In this document: one piece after another, positions 23,301 through 30,800 of the stretch
Layout: the number at the start of each line of letters is the position of its first letter
Position numbering within the stretch: the stretch's first letter is position 1
Source of the DNA: a virus
Taxonomy: Duplodnaviria > Heunggongvirae > Uroviricota > Caudoviricetes
DNA: 58,232 nucleotides
Reading direction: 5' to 3' (one strand)
Virus record (IMG/VR): IMGVR_UViG_3300044843_000700
Coordinates: 64,001 to 122,232 of that record
The notes under the pieces: model-generated
Database searches by the model: none
Told to the model about the DNA's origin: nothing
What the model saw: only the letters and a program-made list of their open reading frames with translations
Program-made: the position numbers and the translations under genes

Positions 23301-24833
23301 GTATTCTTCAAGAATGGTAAAGCTTATGCAGACAAGGAATCCTTAAAGCGTCAATACATCAACCAGCTTTACTCTAAAGAAGCTTATGCAAGCTTCGGCT
23401 TAGCTAAAGTTGCTCCAGGTACATTCGATTCTCAAGAAGAGTACAATCATTTTGTGTTCGAACGTGAATACCTACGCAGCATGTATCCTACAGTTACATC
23501 CTTACAGAACAACGTAGAGTATAACTGGATAGTGAAAAATGTGAAGGCTGATACTAAGCGTTTAGAAGGTGAGACTGATGAGCAGTTTGGAGAAAGAACA
23601 GATCGTCTGGGTTATGAAGAGTTCATCAAGGAGAAAGCTCTAGAGAATATCTTGAATGGGTCTAAGCTTTTCAAAGGAGACAAGACTTATGCTGATAAGC
23701 TTGTTATGATAAAGACTATGTTCCCCGAGTTACTCGATGAGTATTCTCTTATCAAGAAGCTTGCAGCATCCTCATCTAAAGTAGGTATGGAGCAGTATAC
23801 AAACATTCAGCTTCAGGATCCTTTAAGCGATCCAGACCTACTGAATCTCTACTACGAGAACATGGTGAGTCTGATGGATCCTACTGTGAAGAAAGTAGAA
23901 GATGCTGCTTCAAATAAGATGATTAGCGATTTCTTTGCGAAGCTTCCTCTTGTTGGCTTCTTGCAATCTGGCTTGAGTACTAAGTCCCAGATGTCTTTCA
24001 ACCGGATTATGCCTCAGGATTCTTTTATAAGAATCATGGAACAACCAATGAAAGAGTATACAGCTAAGCTTAATCCTTTAGCTCTGGATGTGTTTTATAA
24101 GAGGTTTGTTGATCAGAACAGTGCGTCAAGAAGCCGTCTGCGTAACCGTTATAAAAATTACATGGTGCCTGGCTTTAGCTTAAATCAGTCTTACGCTTTA
24201 TCTAAAAAAGGAGCTGAGGTATACATGCCTACTGAGTACTCTGAAGCAGCAAGAGAACTTCTCGAGAAAGATTACAGAGGAGTAGAAACTTTTGATGCTA
24301 AAGCTATCAACTTGGAAACAGCTAATCAAGTCGCACAGAATAATCCGGACAAGGTGTTTGTATACAATGACGCCTTTGAGTCTAGACAAACAACCGGCTT
24401 TACTGGTGAGCGCTCGTTTAAGCAGCTTCCTATTTCCAATAAGGTAGGTCTTCCTACATACAGAGTTTACTCAATCACAAAAGCTACAGCTATCCAAGAT
24501 GTAAACAATGAGATCAATCCTCAGCTCAAAGCTAGAATCGATGAAGCTGTTGAGAATATGAAAGCTCTTCAACGTGAAGGTAAGACTCTTGTGTTCTCTT
24601 CTGAAGGTTATGGTCAAGAATGGAATGGTGTTTATAAAGGCGTTGTTCCAAGGCCAGATGCTCAAGTTAAGGCACCTGAAAGTTTCTTATATTTGTCGGA
24701 GCAATTGTACCGTAACTTCGGCTACATAAATCCCGGATATCAAGTGAAGGAAAGAGGAAGAGCTGTTATCCAGGAAGGTCAGGAAATCACTGACCAAATG
24801 GTAAGAGATTATATGTCACACTGTTATAGATAA
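14367..24833 (+). CDS. Virion-packaged DNA-dependent RNA polymerase (crAss-type single-chain vRNAP) with zincin-like domain
   Basis: GVRIPVQG followed by GSDFDIDKL (DFDID at 21459-21473), the catalytic motif reported for phi14:2 gp66; HEAWH...EEYLAE zincin motif (16722-16736); 3488 aa. Confidence 0.9.
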   Translation: MICALSENQQRALRKKVYKDLVATLQTDTPFTVKGYVNSVYSQVLEKSDNPELALAYAALVPRYIDQLKSVDDDIRRGLRSKGVNSDVDITDNIDKFEDPDTGLNNVREYLGLSEDIAQEVRELNQSVQQETEQQEEKKEERITPEEQEVIPPPAPNFSYQRSEKEFSAVKPTVMADQDQEALEWRNKKSPDYNKVNPAVAFYFKIKRVILSKLFAPGANQSSENISVNALVGQGVYLTLMPVSKLDRDKIRPKDLEPVEAGQPSNWDSNEPVLVLTDRYGSTILFNDNGEFDINGKPAYYYFRKIYPSQVRDGKVDLWKSSNPNTSDDYDRADSLARQKGISKEEAIDQIRKELQTAYDLRQALKNNPDMRIRSEITGGTFGYPAMDYNIDTPISSINFGNYPVSFDVAPMTDPTTGAIKGRTYFQTAETGSRLIEVERPALNAINGMVDRVADLMFKNILVPIGNTMSPITSQQRHDFIQQYFMTRGEGLDFITEEDGSYKVKIKGDVIYKSLPTRKKEADGTWTDIGQYSPEVVSAKKAEADMASAQVKNYLSTLSPQTKIERPTDAEKARSTSNPAEFRVGSIYKAADGSYWRVGYPKANIASAYVKTDFKDVTIEDRDGKSVLNTTIRPYADYIKENFVIHYPVNSEGRLTNLNAYFTFEPLQEDLEKVYKKEEPAINTPVESPSIEQSDIASNNVKTGLDAAFDDPSLNKELDQKNADKKATQEQIAAAKTWYENHPLSKHFPFEAMFNAVNSKNPRAVANWTIQGITLYKGSDYSDLYHEAWHGFTQAFLTKEQKKSLYNEVRKKSGSFTDYKGRRVSFKYASDKQVEEYLAEDFRQWMLSGAKSEIKDPVKRNIFQKILDFLRALFGDLTPSQLNGDAQAMRTVHTLYEKMRVGNLNEYSFSQDNVTFTILDKGAVAFKEDASIQSLSYEDSRFLVEAMDSFMSKFVDDFSKGKRNQLLAQAPDSQLSYKWTSTLLKTPAGLKYAYEQILKDFATVRNGLADQLAKASEEQKPALQKQINRLDWAIDNFGDINNLINNRPEKGQAPKGMIGYHMLKSKVLEAESKEAFFDEDVTKEEDLFLKGREGFDRNGNETSLKDLASKEILFILRGLHKTDVNGRPVYVNGTEAEVDGVKTGIPQLEDFDKVWNVLAKALQNTLSAEEMYKKMISYGAKYPDFPMKQLLDKLGPLQTAGSNEFHLWTNFWQTFNKTRVPLLQTTVEITTLDNEGQSLAFENWGFAIKPGIAFSDTKRIQTAWQGMFAAEETPYIKPDKGGVNTLDLDKVIKDFPLNSLPGRELQFLRAIGFKLDENNEDISNALKSKEVAVTPFWYAINNLRMRRDSAGRPAVRITRLVQLKAEYPEVPKRNSDGSIVRDEKIPALRGEGANFNAILELQAKYSDKWGNFMVTNAEGNTQFEHTLNNSLTVMVNAINDVSSYEELISLPWMSHLDVKRNPFAKASLWLNSVFNMNDKYPDGKIRGLKRMDKKGNPVVMNLQNLSGVAINKDGQFDNDLGIASAKADAVTKLLMDFHMVLLKGAPELTRHADKGTSFSVYLSNIYTRGDKPSTTYVDTLDFLRSIKDSTGVDTGVTRADVNLLDNILMPHIAAELSRIKQMRDMEAMRKENKASVQNFDFKYMERGKGFVVFSDVLSSPTKKALLKVEGDLMDFLNTADPKAVRLKTAISNDVQAYFSKESARVGKMFNKAKNRDGKSLISDNLYKKIIGDANNDADLRGKFNKNSAQLKDALVKSFVVNSWVHNLESISVIYGDLALYNMAKEEFHKRNAGAGSTGTIYRTDAQAVSYVNNVLGRGYYSKNFPGQPVKQFNGTFDTAIVKDNEIRSVYFKEYAEAMIQDEINRGLSETEAKKKVLGVDKSGKIGTIEEPIKGGLAYAYQEMNEGDAQGWITFDSYRILLTLEGKWSDAQEKMYQKIIAGDRVSPADVTMFFPTQKVQYFGPLQTEGLPITAFHKFSLFPLIPSVIQDKRLKDLHDKMTTEGVDYALFQSGSKVGTITKEGKNDKLYLEETDRKIDESPFTKNTIFLNYLKNQLEIAPKFKEKVIFSTQLRKLIEDGLVEGGVPTDFRPDLDLNKRRQAWKALGSDQARLDQSKNYRLYKNYEANVAKLTELKKQELLDEMQWTIVDGKAQGSLENLLKFVREELTRQDMADHEIDFIDLGRGGKGLKHDLSMSLSAEKIEKMLNAIVTRRLIKQKVNGEGLIQVSGAGFESSSSTGRNYTNPTDADKAKWGTNDLPTYHRKADGTTAAMKVKVAMQGQFKKLLELKDKEGNRIGSLDRLNQLLKDDAWLDMDEHRRMITMVGVRIPVQGLNSMEFMEVYEFLPEEAGNIIVPPAEIVAKSGSDFDIDKLTVMMPSYRTQKDAEGRSTTVMARQVSDKEAKALYEMYKDYKVRSERRKTEISPRTAGTRTLEDLAVYDDLMYSIFGVSPEELDAEMKEMLLEEGKMQSYEDFFRKLNGTKAVENDLIWNIKEILEQPENFANLVRPNGTDIVKPLADELASKVIEYNPKERLSGELSPEDAEELSESTSNVAGSRVLEIGYNLYKHSSNNIGKQTLGLGAVDNTYNVIFNRIGAYMNPTGKVKINRGRNILEVRQTLLMPHNTLDVDGKEAISLSHAMAKDGNRISDVISQLINGWVDIAKDAWIFNIQGNKEVAPTLLFMVQAGVPFKTAVYLASQPMVRDYVEAQRLAKSTFGDLMGTAAENVNFYRNQARKAILSGGKYGFNLDPRKVERQDKAYMYKATVELTTKAFAEDNGQVVDSKLTSEIDKYKEAIKAGTEPEYSEYQRAAFLHFLEIEEMAKAVRDIKMRLNFDTSKSDSLFDAQNRTLMLNELRENGRIPENIVDNILKHSVIGSFYVQPFQLEVWKDLFPLRNSPVLNKWLADKMQEGIMDDVNDTFGDAEKFANELRNDLVSFIFQNTVKGFDVDKLTHYKGEALEDMSASKLNEKEMVSSLAIGVFFKNGKAYADKESLKRQYINQLYSKEAYASFGLAKVAPGTFDSQEEYNHFVFEREYLRSMYPTVTSLQNNVEYNWIVKNVKADTKRLEGETDEQFGERTDRLGYEEFIKEKALENILNGSKLFKGDKTYADKLVMIKTMFPELLDEYSLIKKLAASSSKVGMEQYTNIQLQDPLSDPDLLNLYYENMVSLMDPTVKKVEDAASNKMISDFFAKLPLVGFLQSGLSTKSQMSFNRIMPQDSFIRIMEQPMKEYTAKLNPLALDVFYKRFVDQNSASRSRLRNRYKNYMVPGFSLNQSYALSKKGAEVYMPTEYSEAARELLEKDYRGVETFDAKAINLETANQVAQNNPDKVFVYNDAFESRQTTGFTGERSFKQLPISNKVGLPTYRVYSITKATAIQDVNNEINPQLKARIDEAVENMKALQREGKTLVFSSEGYGQEWNGVYKGVVPRPDAQVKAPESFLYLSEQLYRNFGYINPGYQVKERGRAVIQEGQEITDQMVRDYMSHCYR

Positions 24834-24839
24834 TACGAT

Positions 24840-27800
24840 ATGTTAGCATGCCCGTTTGGACCGGAGTGGGATACACTCGTTAAAGAAGTAGGTAAATTTC
24901 AAGCCTACAGAGACTACCTTCAACATGATGGTGAAATTCGTACGCCGGAAGAGGTGAAATCCAAACTGGCATCGGAAGGTATTATGACCTCCATGTATCC
25001 AGCTCACCAGTATCAAATAGAGCGTACGCCTAATACTGCAGCCACAGCTACAGTAGAGGTGTTTACTTCTATGGCTGAAGCTCTTCTTAGTAAGTTCCCG
25101 GAAGGATATACATACAGATTAGAACACCGTACAGATGTTCCTTGGAAAGGTTATGTTGAGCCAGCTAATCCGAATTCTGTAGGAGGAAAACCTACCATTG
25201 TGATCAATACTGCTAAAGCTAGTCTTGATACACCTCTACATGAGTTTGGTCATATTTTCCTGAACATGGTCCGTCAGGAGAATATTCGTCTTTATTTCCA
25301 GTTGATGAATGGCGTCTTTACTACAGAGACTGTTGACGAAACAGCTATGGATCCTAAAACCGGTAAAGAGGTCACCAGAAAAAAGATTGTAGGTTATAAA
25401 CCTAAGGACAAGTACAAGACCTTGTTCGAAGAGATCCAGCGTCTGTATCCTAACAGTACAGAAGAAGAACATGCAGAGGAGCTCATCACGGAGCTCCTTG
25501 GTCGTTATGCTTCGGAGTACTATGATCCTGCTACAGGTAAAGTAAAAAAAGACTTCGAGAGTGATGATTCAATCTTGAAAGGTATTGCCAGTACCTTGAA
25601 GAAAATATGGGAAGCTATTAAGGATGCTCTCTTCAGAAACACAGTTCTTGTAGAAGTCAAAGACCTTAATCCTAATGCTACAATAGAGAATCTTGCTATG
25701 ATTCTGGCTCACCCTATGGTGAAGTTCAATGTAGGATCCATGCGACAAAAAGTAAGTGAGCAGCAAGTAGAAGGATTGAAAAAGCGCTTGACTCAAATGA
25801 AGAGCCTTAAGGATAGCTTCATAGCTGATCCCACTATTACTTTAGTAAGATCTGGTAACTACCAGTATCTTCTTACAAAGAAGCAAGGCGAACGTCTAGA
25901 GCTTATTAGATCGAAGCTTCCGATGATTCGTGCCTATGTAGATACTAATCCTAACGGTCCAAAAATTCGTCACGCTAAAGGTGTGTATGGAGGCTCAACC
26001 AAATTCCGTAATGGACTAGAGAAGTTGGCTAGTATTTATCTTGAGAAACCGAACATGTCGACTCAAGAAAAGCTTGCCGTTCTCGATCGTCCAGAATTCT
26101 CTCGAGTAAAGACTATACTACAAGCTTATCCTGATGGTCTAGATTATGTTGTAGAAAAAGTTTCCGGACCAAACCATGCTTATGTTATTGATCAAGCTGT
26201 AAAAGATGCAGCGATACTTTTCTGGGGTAGTGGTCGTGGAAGTGCTTCTCGAGATTATGAACAACATACACCAGAGATGCTTTTAAAGCAGCTTCTTGAT
26301 GGAAGCGATGAACATCTCAACAGGATATTCAACTTCCCAAAAGCTTTTGCTAAAACACATGCGATAATAGACAGAGCTCCTAGTGTTCAAACAGTATTGG
26401 AGGCCATTGACAAAAAGATTCAGGAGTACACTAAAGCTATAGAATCTCCTTCTGCTTACTTTAATAAATCTCGTAGAGCTACATTTAAGGTATCCTCTGT
26501 AAGACCTACAACAGGAGAAGTCATCGAAGATGAGATTACTGTAGCAGGTAATCTGAGAGAAGATGGAGATGTTGAAGTATCGTTTAGCTCAGACATTTGG
26601 AGCATGACGGATCCTTATTGGATTGTACCAGCCACAGAAAGAAATATTGGAGAAGGTAGTCGCGTTGTAAAAATCAGTGCTTCTGGAAGATCTGTGTCAA
26701 GATCTCGCACATCTGAAAGGATGGATACTCGAGATGAGTATGGAGTAGTTGAACATGATAATACTTCAGCTCTGATTTTACCTGCCGGTGCTTTCAGAGA
26801 ATATATGGATGCCAAGAGAAATGGCGACAATACTCAGATGGAGTATTGGCATAACAAAGCAACTCTTGTACCTATCAATACCCTTGAGGTAAAACAGTCT
26901 CAAGATAAGAGAGCTCTAGATGTAATGAATGGTGTGGTAGAAACTCTTGCTGCTATGTTCGAAGACGTGGATTACACCTCATTTATCTTTACCCCGATGT
27001 CTGGAGAATCTCTAACAAGAGAGACCGGTGAAATGCGTGAGAAGCTTTATAACCTTACGGCTAAACGTCTTTTTGGAAGATGGTCTCCTCTAGGAGAAGG
27101 AGTCTTCTCAAGAAGGCTTATGGTACCAAACTGGTTCCGTCCTGGTATCAAGATGGAGAAACCGGTTTACCAGATGGACAGTGCACCAGACAGCTTAAAT
27201 CAGTTTGTAGAAGATACAGCTGACAACATGGCTACTCTTGGTATTGAAGCTATAAGAGGTTCCATTAAAGTAGACGAACGTACACAAGATAACGCTTCTG
27301 GAGTAGGTGCTATTAAAGCTTTTGCCCGTGGACTAGCTGGTCAGCTTACTCTTGAAGGAAAGCCTGTTAACTATGCATTCATCGATACTGCAGAAGCACA
27401 ACGATTGACTGAAGGAAAAAAGAATCCTTGGTCCGGAGAGAAAGCCTTCTTCATTGGAGATACTGTATACTTTGTGGGAGATAACATTTCTTTGAGTGAT
27501 GTTTTCCACGAGTTTGCTCACCCGTTTGTACGTACTCTTTTCTACCAGAATGAAGGTCTTTTCCGAAAGCTGTATCAAGATCTAGTAAGTACTCAAGAAG
27601 GTATTGCTCTTTATAATCAGGTAAAACTTGCTTATCCGGAGCTTAATGATACGGATCCTCTCTTCATGGAAGAGATGCTTGTCAGAGCTATTACTACTGC
27701 GGCAAACTTGGAACAACAAGGCAAGAGTGAATCTAAAGGGTTCGCGAAGTTTATGAAAGATCTTCTTTACGCTATAAAGCAGATGCTTCGTAAAGCTTTC

Positions 27801-30800
27801 GGTCAGTCCTCAAATGTTTCTAAGCTTGGTCCCAACACTACTATTAAGCAGTTAGCTGATATGCTCAAGGAGGGTAAGAACTTTATACTCGATGAGCAGG
27901 TAACTGAGAATATTGATACAGTAGCTTATGTCAGAGATACTCGCAAGTTTATCGAAGATGTAGCTATGATCACTAAACCAGAGCTCATGAGCATCACAGT
28001 AAGAGCTCATGATATTGCTCTTAAGCATATTGACACGGTAATGCGTAATAAGAATTACCGGGAAATTGCTTCCATCTTGGCAGATGAGTTCAAGCGTGGA
28101 GATCTTCAAGAGATACAACGTAATCTGAACAAGTTTGCTAAACCTCTTGAGGATAAGCTTCGTGCTAAAAGAGACGAGGTTGAATACAATAAAGCTCATG
28201 CGGAAGCCTTGGTGAATACTTTCTTCAGGCTTCAAAACATGGTTGGTAAAATCAAAGAGCATATGAAAGAGTTGTCCAAAGATCCGGACAGCATTGATAA
28301 TATGCACAAGGCTTATTACTACGACTACTTGCTTCGTTACTGGAGCGATTATATCGATGAGGTAATCGAGACAATGAATGAAGCTGAGGTACCAGAAACT
28401 TCTCCTCTGTCAGAGCTTGTCACAAGTATCAAACGCGGTATCGAAAGTAGTAAGGATTATACCAAGAAGATGTATGCTACTGGTGTGAAGGATGTCCTTT
28501 ATTCTGAGCTGCGTCCAATGGCAGAAAGAATAGCAGAGCGCTATAGTAAGATCATTGAGAATCTGAAAAAGAACAATGCTGATCCTAAGCTTATCGATAA
28601 GTGGATGATGGAGTACTATGGACTCAATCAAGAAGAGCTTGCTCGTAAGGAAGGATTAGAAAACGCTTACAAGAACGGTCTCATTACTACTGAGCAAAAG
28701 AAAGAGCTTGACTTCCTACGTAAGAAATCTCTTGATGGTGCACAGATCACTGATGAAAAGATCGAGATGGCTCTTAAAGGGGAGCTTAAAGATGCTAACG
28801 TGTTCAACTCCTTCTTTGAGGGATACATGTACAATACAGATCCTGTCATAGGAGGCTTTGCACTTTATGTGAAAAACCAGATGTCCGATGTGATGAACGC
28901 GGCCATGGTTAAGTTCAACGATTATGCTAAAGATCTTAAGCCTTTGCTAGAAGCTGCTGGTTACAATCCAGCTAATGTTAATGAGCTCATAGAAAAAGTT
29001 GGCAGAAGAGAGCTTATAGGTAAGATTGACTCTTACGGTAAGTGGGTAGAAAAAGAAGTATGGACTCTTAAGAGTGCACATACCGGTTGGAGAATTGCCA
29101 TGGATAGAGCTCGTAGAGCAATTGATGATGCTCAGCGTCAATACAGCATGACAGGTACAAGTGAAGATCATGAGAAACTTGTAGAAGCTGTTGCTGACAG
29201 AAAGAAACTATTACGTGATTACTTCCACCAGGAATATGATAAGAAGGTCTATGCTCGAGATTACATGCTTGAGAAAGGCTACAAAGTTGTCGATGGTGTA
29301 GATATTGGTATTGAAGCAGCTTATCGTAGAGATAAGATCTTTGAACTGATGGCCGAGATATCCAATCCTCTTACCACGCAGATGGAGCATCTGGAGATGG
29401 CGGAACAAATGGATAATCTGTGGAGAGAGTATCACCAACTTTATTCCTTAGTGGATCTTAACGGTAAACTTAAGACCGGAGTGGATCGTGAGGTGGCATT
29501 ACTTTTAAAGGAGCATCGTGCAGCAGGAGTAGATACAGATCAATATCTTCCTGATGGTTCGCTCAATCCTAACTACATGAAGTCTTTCCATGACTGGAAA
29601 CTTCGTACAGGTGTATTTGAAAACACCTTAGCTCAGTTTGAGCAAGAGCTTGTAAACAAGTATGGTAAAGATACACCAGAGTTCAACTTCTTCCGTGAAC
29701 AATGGATCAAGAAGAACACGAGAACTGTGATCAAGCCTGAGTTCTATGAAGAGCGTAAGAAGATCCTTGAGGCTATTGATACGATCATGGCTAAGCTTCC
29801 TGATGCTCAACAAAAGAAGCTTAATGTTTCTGAGATGTGGTCTCAGATTCTAGATCTTACTGCCGGTAATCGTGATGAAGATGGTCAACCTAATGGCTTA
29901 AACTTTACTGAGCAAGGTATAGCTTTCATAAAGGAAAAGCAGCTTGAGATCCAGAAAGCTATGGAGAAGTTCGCAGGTTTATCTGGCTTGAACAAGCAAG
30001 AAGCTGCAGAACTTCAGGGTTACTGGGATGTTATAAATGCGAAGGAGCGTCGACTTACTCCTGAAGAACAGGAGCGATTCAATGCTTTGATGTCCATCTC
30101 AGATAATACAGGCTTGAGTAAACTCGATAAGCAAAAGCTTTTCGGCTTATTTGCTAAGCTTCAAGGTCTGCAAAAGAAAGAAGCCACTGATTATTATGTG
30201 AGCATCATGAACAACTGGTTGAGTAAACTCAATACAGGTCTCATGATGAATGAGCTTGGTACGAATACCATTACTCGTGAAGCAGCTAATATGATTCTAG
30301 AGGATCATGTTATCAACCCACTTTTACAACAAGATGAAGAGTTCAAAACCTGGTTTAAGAATAACCACATACGCAAGACCGTTTATGATAAAGAGTCTGG
30401 TCAACAGAAAGAGATCTGGGAAAGAATCTATGCCTGGAATGTCGTCCGACCAGTTGAGAAAGAATTTTACGAACAGACAGAGATCAAGAGAGAAGATGGT
30501 ACGTCAGAAATCATTGACGGATTACCCTCACTTAAATATTATGCTCGGGTTGTAAAACCTCAGTATCGTACAGAAAGAGTGGTTGGAGTAACCGTGGATA
30601 ACCAAGGTAACTTCTTACCTAGAACAGATGTGGCTGATAGTCCTTACATCGATCATGAGTATATGCAAATGTCGAAGACTGATCCTAAGCATTACGCTAT
30701 TCTCGAGAAGATGAAAGAACATCATCTTAAGAACCAGGAGAGTCTCGGCTATAAGAATCGTTTATACCTAGATATTCCTCGTTACCGTAAGAATGCTCTG

